From: Pyrinomonadaceae bacterium
GTDB lineage: Bacteria; Acidobacteriota; Blastocatellia; Pyrinomonadales; Pyrinomonadaceae
NCBI GenBank assembly: GCA_965217985.1
Contig: CBDCJY010000018.1
Location: forward strand, 32,634 to 56,633
DNA: 24,000 nt
Direction of reading: 5' to 3'
A program made the translations under genes and the position numbers. Positions 8,152 through 18,928 of the stretch are shown piece after piece. The notes beneath the pieces were generated by a model, which was given only the letters and a program-made list of their open reading frames with translations, ran no database searches and had not been told where the DNA came from. The first letter of the stretch is position 1, and every line of letters starts with the position of its first letter.

Positions 8152-10113
8152 CTAAACCCCGACTGTTTCGTTTTCTTCTTCTTCGATTAAATAAGGCGTA
8201 ACCGTCGGTTTATCCAAATCTTCCTGCAAAACTTTGGCGATAATCGGAAGCGATAAACTGCGCGTTTTCGCAATGTTCGGAACTTCCTTGCCTTTCGCAT
8301 AAACGTCGTGCCGACCGTTATCTTTATACCATTCGGCAAGCGACGCGGTTTTGTTCATTTCCTCGACAATCTGCCGCCAGCCGACTCCGGTATTATACGC
8401 GCAAAATGAAATCTCGCCTTCCTGCGTGCCGTATGGAATGACGCACATCTCTGTGCGGCGAAAATCGTAGTTGAATAAATCCTGAAACCACATTCCTTCG
8501 ACGCACAGAACGCGCCATATATCATCGGTTTCGTTTTTCGGCTGTGCTTTCATTCGATCATTACGGTCAGAATTTGAATCAGCCGACGACGGTTTGAATA
8601 AGTTTAGAATCTGCGAAACGGGAAAGCCGTCGGGCGCGTTCGATGCGTCGTAATTACGCATAATCGCCATTCCCAACTGCGCCATCGTCAGCTTTTTGCC
8701 GCGAGCCGTGTCGGTAATCGTCGCCACGTCTCTCGTAAATTGCTCGTAGTTGAAAAAGTCGAACAAGGATGTCATCGCGCCCGTGTTTTTATTAACGACA
8801 ATCAAGGTGAAAATTCCGCAGTTCGGATGACAGTTGCAAGACGACCAACCCCACGGAGCGTCCGCGCCTTGCAGCATATCCATCACGCTTGTAAAAGCCG
8901 AATAGGACGAAAGCGGAAACCAATCGCGCAGCGGTTGAAGCGTTCCATCCAATTGATCTTTCAAATCGTGCGTCATTCCGGCGAGCGTGTAGCGTTGCTG
9001 GATGCGGTCTTTGTCGGAAACGTCTTCGTCGCGTCCGGTGAACGAAACGGGTTGAAAAGCAATGGTCTGAACTTTATCAATGTTCTGCGCGGCAAATTTC
9101 ACGATGTCGCCGATGGCATCGTTATTTATCGTATTAACAATCGTCGTCACGAGCGTAACTTTTATTCCAACGCTGGCAAGATTTTCAATCGCTTTTAATT
9201 TTACGTCGAACAAATTTCCAACGCCGCGATGTTTATTTTTCTCTTCCGATGTGCCGTCAAATTGCAGATAAACGCCGTGTTGTCCGGCTTCTTTTGCCGC
9301 TTTGCAAAACTCGATGTCTTCGGCGTAACGAATGCCGTTCGTTGCGGCTAAGATGCGGTAAAATCCGATCTTCTTCGCATATGCGACCGATTCCAAAAAA
9401 TGCGGCGCAATCGTCGGTTCGCCGCCCGAAAACAAAATGATAATTTGTCGTCGCGGTTTGAACGAAATCGCGTTATCAAGAATTTGTTTCGTATCTTCAA
9501 ACGTCGGTTCGTGAACGTAGCCGACTTGATTCGCGTCCATAAAACACGGGTTGCACATCATATTGCAGCGGTTCGTCAAATCAACCGTCAACACCGCGCC
9601 GCGTCCGAATTTGATGTCGGAAGTTCCGTGATGATGAACGTGCTTGTCTTCCGCCGCTTTGAAATCGCGCCCGTAAAAAAGCGATTCGATGCGTTCCAAA
9701 AACTTCGCATCGGTCGCCATCACGTCAACAAAATCGCCGTGCGTCGGGCAGGTTTTCTTCATCAGAACTTGCCCGTTTTCTTCGACAATCTGCGCTTTAA
9801 TCTCGCCCGGATGCGAGTTCATCAAAATCTCCAGCGGAATCGTTTTATCAATTACGCCGTTGCGAACATTTTTCACGCACGTCGGGCAAAGCGAATCCGT
9901 TTCGCGCGGAAAACCGAGCGGCGGCGCAGTGCGTTCATACGATTTCAAAAGCGGTTCAGCCGCCCAATTCGGCGTAATCGATTCGCCTTCGGGCAGAGAT
10001 TTATTAACGGCTTGAAACGCCTTCCAACCGATGTCGGCAAGTTTTGAAGCGGCTTTCGAGCCGGTTTTTCCTTTACCTTTTCCCTCACCGCGCCTGAAGT
10101 TATCACTAAACAT
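8152..10113 (-). CDS. large radical SAM enzyme with an N-terminal zinc ribbon and a C-terminal Cys-containing domain; resembles the Tes (tetraether lipid synthase) / MJ0619-type radical SAM family
   Basis: 653 aa. Motifs seen: CPTC...CPTHGDF (zinc ribbon), DLTNRCNMMCNPCF (CxxxCxxC), FSGGEPT, LQFDG, SSCNCHPNCG, and C-terminal MWFQDLFNYDFRRTEMCVIPYG...ISFCAYNTGVGWR. Radical SAM membership is secure. The Tes-like subfamily call comes from my recollection of the architecture and was not searched. Confidence 0.8.
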   Translation of the reverse strand: MFSDNFRRGEGKGKGKTGSKAASKLADIGWKAFQAVNKSLPEGESITPNWAAEPLLKSYERTAPPLGFPRETDSLCPTCVKNVRNGVIDKTIPLEILMNSHPGEIKAQIVEENGQVLMKKTCPTHGDFVDVMATDAKFLERIESLFYGRDFKAAEDKHVHHHGTSDIKFGRGAVLTVDLTNRCNMMCNPCFMDANQVGYVHEPTFEDTKQILDNAISFKPRRQIIILFSGGEPTIAPHFLESVAYAKKIGFYRILAATNGIRYAEDIEFCKAAKEAGQHGVYLQFDGTSEEKNKHRGVGNLFDVKLKAIENLASVGIKVTLVTTIVNTINNDAIGDIVKFAAQNIDKVQTIAFQPVSFTGRDEDVSDKDRIQQRYTLAGMTHDLKDQLDGTLQPLRDWFPLSSYSAFTSVMDMLQGADAPWGWSSCNCHPNCGIFTLIVVNKNTGAMTSLFDFFNYEQFTRDVATITDTARGKKLTMAQLGMAIMRNYDASNAPDGFPVSQILNLFKPSSADSNSDRNDRMKAQPKNETDDIWRVLCVEGMWFQDLFNYDFRRTEMCVIPYGTQEGEISFCAYNTGVGWRQIVEEMNKTASLAEWYKDNGRHDVYAKGKEVPNIAKTRSLSLPIIAKVLQEDLDKPTVTPYLIEEEENETVGV

Positions 10114-10561
10114 AATGTTTTAATTTAAAATACTGAATAAAAATTTTCGTTCTTTGATGCAGAAAATCAACGTCAAGGCTAACAAATAATTACTTTTTTT
10201 CCAAGTTTTATATGCAAAAGATTTAATTTTGCAGTGAAAATTTTATTTCTCCGAAAATTTTCTAAAAACTATTCATATTATTTAGAAGTTATCGGCACGT
10301 TAAAATGTGGATTTTCACACAAGATGACAAAACTAAAAATTGAGAAAAATTGAGATTTTTTGAAGACTTTGCTTTTCGGTTCTTATACTTTATTAATGCC
10401 CAAGTAAAGAACTCGGAAATTATTATAATTACATTATTTCAATCTTGCGTTCTTAACTAATGTATCGTTCTATTCAGGCTGATTTCGCCAGATTGAAAGT
10501 GGTAAAGAAAAACGGCGTAATAAAATAAATTCGAGAAAATATCAAAGGAAAATTCACATAA

Positions 10562-12832
10562 ATGAAAGAGAAATATTTCGTTAAAAGCATTATTAAAAAC
10601 ATCCCGACAATTTTAAGACGGATAATACCGTTAATGATTTTAGTGGTTTTATCAGCGATTGCTGCTGACGCGGCTATTCAGACCGCAATCATTACTAATT
10701 CGGGCGCGGCGCATCAGGTTAATGCAGTTGCCAATACGGATTTGTCGGTCTCAATTGCCGATTCGCCCGATCCGGCGATGCGCGGCGAAAATGTTACTTA
10801 TACATTTACCGTGCTTAATCTGACCGGCGTTGACGCGCAAAATTTTACACTTACAGCTTATGTGTCAAATTATTCGAGTTTTGTTTCGTTTAGTGCGCCG
10901 AACGGCTTTAACTGCACGACACCGAATGTCGGGGAAACCGATCCGGTTAATTGTTCGGCGGCAACTGTCGCGGGAGGTTCGACAAATATTTTCACTTTGG
11001 TTTTAAAAATCGCCAATGACGCTCCGATTAATGCTTCTCTATATGAGCCGGTAAACATCGCCGCATCGAACGATACGAACGGACAAAATAATTCGGCGGC
11101 GGAAGTTACTGATCTGACCGGCGGTGTTTTTGTCTCGACCGTCAACGGCGATTACCAGACGACTAATATCAACACGCCGTTTGCGACAAACTTAAAAGTG
11201 CGGGTAACTGACGGCAACAATAATCCGCTGTCCGGTGTAACGGTAACTTTCACTGCGCCGACAAATGGAGCAAGCGGAACATTTACGGGCGGAGTAACCA
11301 CCGTAGATGTTCAAACGGATCAGAACGGTTACGCGACCGCACCTGTTTTTACCGCAAACGGCATCGCCGGAAGTTATACGGTGACGGCGACGACGCAAAA
11401 CGCAAACGGTTCGGCGAGTTTTAATCTGACTAACGTCGCGCCGATGACTTATACCGTTACCAATACGAACGACGACGGCGCAGGCAGTCTGCGGCAGGCG
11501 GTCGAAGATGCCAACGACAATTCGGGCAACGACACGATTGTTTTCGAGCAGGCGGTTTTCTCTACCAAGCAATCCATCTTTTTAACGAGCGGAGAAATAG
11601 AGATTTTCAACAATGGAAGTTTAACCGTTAATGGACCGGGCGCAAATCTATTAACGATTTTCGGCTCGACGCAACCGGGTAACGAAAGCCGCATTTTTAA
11701 CATTCATTCTGCAAACAGCATACTAAACGATCTCAGTTTAGAAGGCGGATTTGCCAACGAAGATGTAGGCGGTGCGATACTCGCTTCCGGCGGAAAACTG
11801 CAAATAAATCGCTGTGTCTTTAACGGAAATACCGCAGACGACGGCGGCGGCGCGATTGGCTCTGTGGCAACAAATTTAACGATCAGCCAAAGCACTTTTT
11901 CAAATAATAATTCGTTAAACTCTGTCGGCGGCGCGATATTTATTTTTTCAGTCGAAGGTTTTTCGACAACGAAAATTATAAATTCGACTTTTAATCAAAA
12001 TTCAGCCGCACAAGGCGGAGCGATTTACAAGGGCAGACCGATTTTCGGCGGCGATCCGCTTCAGTTGAATATGACAAGCGTCACAATTGCCGGAAATACG
12101 GCAAGCGGCACAGGCGGCGGCATTTTCGTCGAAGAAGGAAATTTTAACGTCATAAATACGATCATCGCCGGAAACACGGGCGGCGATATAAACGGTGAGG
12201 TAAATTCGCAGGGTTATAATCTGATTCAATCAACCGCCGGAACGACATTCAGCGGCGGACAGCCGAAGACGACCGACATCATCGGTCAATCTCCTCTGCT
12301 TGAACCGCTCGCCGACAACGGCGGCACAACTCGAACAATGAGACCGATGACGAACAGCCCTGTGATTGATAAAGGAACTGCGGCTGACATCCAGTTTAGT
12401 TTCGTCAAAAACGGGAAAATCTCAAAAAAATCTCAAACGGATATATCTAAAATCTCCAATATCGCCGCCGTAACAACCGACCAGCGCGGAGTAATGCGTC
12501 CGATTGACAATCCGAATGTGACAAACGCTGCCGACGGCGCGGACATCGGTGCATTTGAAACACTTTCGCCGACCGCCGCCGGAACGGAAATTTCCGGCAG
12601 AGTTTTGATAAACGGCGGCAGAGGTTTGAATAATGCCAAAGTTTATTTGACTGACGGAGCCGGACGCAATTTCGTCGTCATAACGAACGCCTTCGGCTAT
12701 TTTCGATTCCCGGATATTGCAGCGGGACAAACCTGTATCTTGCAAGTCGGAGCAAAAAATTACCAATTTGCTCCTCAAGTCGTCAACATATCGGAAAACT
12801 TGACCGACTTGATAATTACTGCGATACGATAA
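10562..12832 (+). CDS. secreted mosaic surface protein / putative adhesin (DUF11-like repeat, Ig-like domain, right-handed beta-helix region, C-terminal carboxypeptidase-regulatory-like domain)
   Basis: 756 aa with an N-terminal hydrophobic anchor or signal. DLSVSIADSPDPAMRGENVTYTFTV is DUF11-like. VRVTDGNNNPLSGVTVTFTAP...GSYTVTAT is bacterial Ig-like. TYTVTNTNDDGAGSLRQAVEDAN resembles the cap of choice-of-anchor-Q/beta-helix proteins. Repeated GGAI/GGGI turns are Pmp-like. ISGRVL...AKVYLTD...TNAFGYFRF is CarboxypepD_reg-like. Confidence 0.75.
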   Translation: MKEKYFVKSIIKNIPTILRRIIPLMILVVLSAIAADAAIQTAIITNSGAAHQVNAVANTDLSVSIADSPDPAMRGENVTYTFTVLNLTGVDAQNFTLTAYVSNYSSFVSFSAPNGFNCTTPNVGETDPVNCSAATVAGGSTNIFTLVLKIANDAPINASLYEPVNIAASNDTNGQNNSAAEVTDLTGGVFVSTVNGDYQTTNINTPFATNLKVRVTDGNNNPLSGVTVTFTAPTNGASGTFTGGVTTVDVQTDQNGYATAPVFTANGIAGSYTVTATTQNANGSASFNLTNVAPMTYTVTNTNDDGAGSLRQAVEDANDNSGNDTIVFEQAVFSTKQSIFLTSGEIEIFNNGSLTVNGPGANLLTIFGSTQPGNESRIFNIHSANSILNDLSLEGGFANEDVGGAILASGGKLQINRCVFNGNTADDGGGAIGSVATNLTISQSTFSNNNSLNSVGGAIFIFSVEGFSTTKIINSTFNQNSAAQGGAIYKGRPIFGGDPLQLNMTSVTIAGNTASGTGGGIFVEEGNFNVINTIIAGNTGGDINGEVNSQGYNLIQSTAGTTFSGGQPKTTDIIGQSPLLEPLADNGGTTRTMRPMTNSPVIDKGTAADIQFSFVKNGKISKKSQTDISKISNIAAVTTDQRGVMRPIDNPNVTNAADGADIGAFETLSPTAAGTEISGRVLINGGRGLNNAKVYLTDGAGRNFVVITNAFGYFRFPDIAAGQTCILQVGAKNYQFAPQVVNISENLTDLIITAIR

Positions 12833-12897
12833 ATTCTAAAACATCGTTTTTTCTTTTTGGAAAAAAGCGGTGACAGATTTTCCAAACGCAAAAAAGA

Positions 12898-12936
12898 AGA
12901 CGTGCGCCGAAGAGACATCGAACGCGCGTCTTTTTC
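12898..12936 (+). terminator. probable intrinsic terminator of the surface-protein gene
   Basis: AGACGTGCG (12898-12906) pairs with CGCGCGTCT (12923-12931) with one G-U pair, and TTTT follows. The loop is long (16 nt), so confidence is moderate. Confidence 0.45.
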
Positions 12937-13180
12937 CGTCTGCTTATCTGAGAGCAAACGTCGCCTGCCTCCGTCAGAACAACTCGTTGCAGTGCTTCTA
13001 GAAAAATCGCTGCAACGAAAATGGTTTGAAAAATCCGATTTTCGAGGGAATTAATTATCTCTTCAAAAGGAAAACGCGAAATTTACAAAATGTTGGACAT
13101 TACTTTTTAATAATCGCTCTCTAACATTTGTTTTCAAATCAATTTGTCTAAACGGCTCTCAAACTGCGAAAATAAAAATA

Positions 13181-14731
13181 ATGAAATTAAATCTCAAAGA
13201 TACTTTCAACACTGAACTTCCCGCCGATCCGGTCGCGGAAAATTTCGTCCGCCAAGTTTCGAGTGCCGCTTTTTCTTACGCCGCGCCGACGAAACCGAAA
13301 AATCCGACGCTCGTGCATTATTCTCCGCAGATGCTCGAAGCGGTCGGTTTGACGGCAGAAGATGCGAAAAGCGCAGAATTTTTAAATGTCTTTTCGGGCG
13401 CGGCAATTTACGAAAATACGAAACCGTTTGCGATGTGTTACGCCGGACACCAGTTCGGCAATTTTGCCGGACAACTCGGCGACGGTCGCGCGATCAATTT
13501 ATTTGAGGTTGAAAACGGCGGCGAGCATTGGGCATTGCAGTTAAAAGGCGCGGGCAAAACGCCGTATTCGCGCGGCGCGGACGGACTTGCGGTTTTGCGT
13601 TCTTCGGTTCGTGAATATCTCTGTTCGGAAGCGATGTTTCATCTCGGCGTTCCGACAACTCGCGCTCTGTCTTTGATTTTGACGGGCGACGATGTTTTGC
13701 GCGACGTGCTTTACAACGGAAACGCCGCGTATGAAAAAGGCGCAATCGTCTGCCGCGTTGCGCCGACATTCGTTCGTTTCGGCAATTTTCAGATATTTCT
13801 CGTGCGTCAGGATTTGGAGAATCTCAAAAAATTAACCGATTACACGATTCGACATTTTTATCCGCATTTGGGCGAACCTTCAAAAGAAACTTACGTCGAA
13901 TTTTTCCGCGAAGTCTGCGAACGGACGCTCGACCTGATGATTCACTGGGAGCGCGTCGGCTTCGTTCACGGCGTGATGAACACCGATAATATGTCAATTT
14001 TGGGTTTGACGATTGATTACGGACCTTACGGCTGGCTCGAAAATTACGATCCGAACTGGACACCGAACACGACCGACGCGGGACAAAAACGCTATCGCTT
14101 CGGCAACCAATCGGCGGTCGGCGTGTGGAATCTGATGCAGTTGGGAAACGCGCTTTATCCGCTGATCGAAGATGCCGAACCGCTCGAAGAAATTCTCGAA
14201 AATTATCAAGTATCATATTTGCCGAAACACGTCCGAATGATGTCCGACAAACTCGGTTTTGTTGAATCAGCCGACGCGGAATTTGTCACCGAACTCGAAC
14301 ATCTGATGTTCAAAAGCGAAATGGATTTGACGCTGTTTTTCCGCAATTTGAGCAAGTTTGACCTAGAAAATCCGAACGAATTCTGGACGCTTTTGGAAGA
14401 ATCGAGTTATTCCGAAACGCTCGAAAAATTCAAATCGGAATGGAACGTCTTTCTCGAAGATTACGCGGAAATTTTGAAATCTGAAAACCGCAAAACGTCC
14501 GAACGAATCGCCGCAATGAACGCCGCAAATCCAAAATACGTCCTGCGAAATTATATGGCACAAATCGCCATTGACGCGGCGGACGCGGGCGATTATTCAA
14601 TCGTTGATGAGCTTTTCAACTTGCTTTTAAAACCTTACGACGAACAACCCGAATCTGAAAAATGGTTTGCAAAACGTCCCGATTGGGCGAAAACAAAAGT
14701 CGGCTGTTCGATGCTTTCGTGCAGTTCGTAA
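13181..14731 (+). CDS. selO: protein adenylyltransferase SelO (YdiU family pseudokinase-fold AMPylase)
   Basis: 516 aa with family hallmarks: YAGHQFGNFAGQLGDGRAINL, LQLKGAGKTPYSRGADGLAVLRSSVREYLCSEAMFHLGVPTTRALSL, and HGVMNTDNMSILGLTIDYGPYGW. The C-terminal ...SCSS is the Cys counterpart of the eukaryotic Sec-containing tail. Confidence 0.9.
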   Translation: MKLNLKDTFNTELPADPVAENFVRQVSSAAFSYAAPTKPKNPTLVHYSPQMLEAVGLTAEDAKSAEFLNVFSGAAIYENTKPFAMCYAGHQFGNFAGQLGDGRAINLFEVENGGEHWALQLKGAGKTPYSRGADGLAVLRSSVREYLCSEAMFHLGVPTTRALSLILTGDDVLRDVLYNGNAAYEKGAIVCRVAPTFVRFGNFQIFLVRQDLENLKKLTDYTIRHFYPHLGEPSKETYVEFFREVCERTLDLMIHWERVGFVHGVMNTDNMSILGLTIDYGPYGWLENYDPNWTPNTTDAGQKRYRFGNQSAVGVWNLMQLGNALYPLIEDAEPLEEILENYQVSYLPKHVRMMSDKLGFVESADAEFVTELEHLMFKSEMDLTLFFRNLSKFDLENPNEFWTLLEESSYSETLEKFKSEWNVFLEDYAEILKSENRKTSERIAAMNAANPKYVLRNYMAQIAIDAADAGDYSIVDELFNLLLKPYDEQPESEKWFAKRPDWAKTKVGCSMLSCSS

Positions 14732-14760
14732 AAAAAGGACGAAGCCGAAACTTCGTCCTT
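14729..14760. terminator. intrinsic terminator hairpin between convergent selO and the 215-aa gene
   Basis: AAGGACGAAG (14735-14744), loop CCGAAA, CTTCGTCCTT (14751-14760); a perfect 10-bp stem. The U-tract exists only on the minus-strand transcript (TTTTTTA, the complement of 14729-14734 running into the stem). A near-identical copy lies at 19793-19830. Confidence 0.6.
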
Positions 14761-14774
14761 GCTTGAAATAAAAA

Positions 14775-15422
14775 TCACCAAAACTTCCACGACGGTTTTA
14801 TTTCTTTGGGCGGGCTGTTTTTTATCTGCTCGTTATATTTTCTTTGTTCTTTCTCAAGCGTCCCCATATCTTCATAAATTTTCCAAATATCGGTGTCCTG
14901 ACCAATATGAATTACTCTGTCCCGATGCGTCGTCACGACAAAACCGTGTTCAATGTCCCAAGCGCACTGGAAATGCCATTCGAGATATGCGATGTCATCC
15001 TTGTTCTTTTCGGTGAAACCAATGTTCAGAGGTTCAATAAAGGGTTTGAAATCAAAATCGGCTCGCGTTTCGGGCGTAATATTTGGAACAAATGAATCGT
15101 TCGGATCCAAGTATTGAGTGAACCTGTCAACTTCCTCGATCAAAGACTTAAGAATATTATCTCTAATTTCGTATTGATGTTGCAGCAAATAATGATAGGC
15201 ATTTATCTCCGCCCGCCAATCATGGTGAATGCCTCTGTTATAACTGCCGAAATCTAATGTAATCTTTCCGTCCGCGATTTCTTTACCGTTTTCCCGATGC
15301 TTATAAAGGTAGCCGTCCCAGGCTTCTAAAAATGTCCGCGCCCGGATAAATTCCAGTAGATTGTATTTTGTTCCAAAATTTATGGTTGGGACGTTCGGGA
15401 TTCCGCTCTCGAATATGTTCAT
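14775..15422 (-). CDS. hypothetical protein
   Basis: 215-aa ORF with no signal peptide and host-like composition, followed by a terminator. The C-terminal half has a YLEWHFQCAWDIEHGFVV motif. It vaguely recalls small immunity-type DUF families, but I cannot name one with confidence. Confidence 0.55.
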   Translation of the reverse strand: MNIFESGIPNVPTINFGTKYNLLEFIRARTFLEAWDGYLYKHRENGKEIADGKITLDFGSYNRGIHHDWRAEINAYHYLLQHQYEIRDNILKSLIEEVDRFTQYLDPNDSFVPNITPETRADFDFKPFIEPLNIGFTEKNKDDIAYLEWHFQCAWDIEHGFVVTTHRDRVIHIGQDTDIWKIYEDMGTLEKEQRKYNEQIKNSPPKEIKPSWKFW

Positions 15423-15493
15423 TTTCAGACTTTCAGGTTAAAAATTTACACTTTGTAAATGTATGCGCCAATAAACGCGGATAAAAATCCAGT

Positions 15494-15910
15494 TTAATCA
15501 CAAATCAACTCGAATGTTCTCTGATCTTTCGCGCCGTTAAAATATTTGTCCAAAACCTTTTGAAAAACCGGATTAGTTTTGTCCAACGCCGCAAACAAAG
15601 TCATCGAAGACTTCAGTTTCATATTATCAGGACTGCCGAAAATCTCGTGCGCCGTTTTGTCTTTGATTTGGAGCAGCGCGTTTGAGATTTCGATCAATCG
15701 TTCGCCCAAAATGGGATGTTCTAAATATTCTTCAGCTTCGGAAATATCTTTGATCGCGTAAAATTTCGATGTCGGACTAAATCCCAAACCGGCTATTTGC
15801 GGGAAAATATACCACATCCAATGACTGCGCTTTCTGCCCGCGCGGATTTCCGACAAAGCCTTTGCGTAATCATCTTCCTGCGCTTCTAAAAATCTATTTA
15901 AATTGTTCAT
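15494..15910 (-). CDS. DUF1810 family protein
   Basis: NRFLEAQEDDYAKALSEIRAGRKRSHWMWYIFPQIAGLGFSPTSKFYAIKDISEAEEYLEHPILGERL matches my memory of the DUF1810 signature (SHWMWYIFPQ..GLG.S). The tracked TTG start at 15928 would overlap the U-tract of the katG terminator, so I prefer the ATG at 15910. Confidence 0.8.
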   Translation of the reverse strand: MNNLNRFLEAQEDDYAKALSEIRAGRKRSHWMWYIFPQIAGLGFSPTSKFYAIKDISEAEEYLEHPILGERLIEISNALLQIKDKTAHEIFGSPDNMKLKSSMTLFAALDKTNPVFQKVLDKYFNGAKDQRTFELICD

Positions 15911-15928
15911 CAATGTTAAGAATAACAA

Positions 15929-15962
15929 AAACGGCGAACGAAAATAATTCCGTTCGCCGTTT
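15929..15962 (-). terminator. intrinsic terminator of katG
   Basis: AAACGGCGAACG (15929-15940), a 10-nt loop, CGTTCGCCGTTT (15951-15962); a perfect 12-bp stem. The minus-strand transcript continues with a U-rich tail (TTGTTATT). It lies 31 nt after the katG stop. Confidence 0.7.
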
Positions 15963-15992
15963 GAGTTTTCGGTGTTGCCAGACGATTTGAAA

Positions 15993-18335
<2,343 letters not shown>

Positions 18336-18472
18336 TTACAAGAATTGATTTGCGCTGTTTGTCGCAATTTATTTAGCTTCGATATTTCGACAGCCTACAA
18401 TCGAAATATTTATTTCAACACGATTAATTTTTCGGAACTGTTTAATTTTTTCGATTTCAATTCCGGTATTTT

Positions 18473-18874
18473 TCAAATTTTCTGTTTACTGCATTCGGGA
18501 CACAAACCGCGCAAAGTCAGTTCGATTGTTTCCGGCTGAAATTGCGAACGATTTGCCGCTTCTTCGAGCAGTTTTTTCGGAATAGATAATTCCAGATCAA
18601 CCAGTTTTCCGCAGTTGTTGCAGATCGCGTGGTCGTGGCGCGTCAGTTTGCGGTCATACAAATTCGCGTCCGTGCCGAGTTTGATTTCGCCGATCAACCC
18701 TTCTTTTTTCAGATAACTCAGCGAATTGTAAACGGTCGCAAACGAAATTCCGGGCAGCAGCAAACGGGCATTATCAAAAACCTCGTTCGCCGTCAGATGT
18801 TTTTCCGACTCACGAATCACGCGCAAAACCGTTTCGCGCTGTTTCGTCAATCCTAAATCTTCTATATCTTTCAT
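18473..18874 (-). CDS. perR: Fur-family metalloregulator, PerR-like by context
   Basis: 133 aa with a winged-helix N-terminal half (TKQRETVLRVI...LTANEVF...ISFATVYNSLSYLKKEGLI), then HDHAICNNCGKLVDL and GLCPECS (two CxxC pairs forming the structural Zn site). It lies immediately upstream of katG on the same strand. The PerR rather than Fur/Zur call is contextual. Confidence 0.8.
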   Translation of the reverse strand: MKDIEDLGLTKQRETVLRVIRESEKHLTANEVFDNARLLLPGISFATVYNSLSYLKKEGLIGEIKLGTDANLYDRKLTRHDHAICNNCGKLVDLELSIPKKLLEEAANRSQFQPETIELTLRGLCPECSKQKI

Positions 18875-18901
18875 TCGTGTATTTTATTACTAAACTTCGA
18901 T

Positions 18902-18916
18902 TTAGAATAATTCTAA
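18902..18916. promoter_or_regulatory. Fur-family-type 7-1-7 operator candidate upstream of the perR-like gene
   Basis: TTAGAAT-A-ATTCTAA is a perfect 7-1-7 inverted repeat, 28-42 nt upstream of the perR-like ATG (18874). It has the same architecture as, and 13 of 15 positions identical to, the B. subtilis PerR box TTATAATnATTATAA. Confidence 0.5.
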
Positions 18917-18928
18917 TTTGAACGAGTG

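Noticed and set aside
8740-10047. Plus-strand ORFs 8740..9198, 9080..9271, 9249..9440, 9400..10047 and 9689..10015 inside the 653-aa radical SAM gene
   Set aside because: These are shadow ORFs like the ones above. They mutually overlap, are Arg-rich and have no motifs. The minus-strand frame is continuous and motif-rich.
10335-10354. Tandem AAAAATTGAG x2, considered as the seed of a repeat array or CRISPR
   Set aside because: There are only two 10-nt copies with no spacers, in AT-rich DNA. This is far too short for any array.
12775-13054. Small ORFs 12857..13054 (+) and 12775..12957 (-) in the spacer between the surface-protein gene and selO
   Set aside because: They overlap each other and the terminator hairpin at 12898-12936. 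The peptides are highly basic and low-complexity, and there is no SD.
15911-15928. TTG start extending the DUF1810 ORF by six codons
   Set aside because: It would place the start within the U-rich tail of the katG terminator. The conserved DUF1810 sequence begins right after the ATG at 15910.
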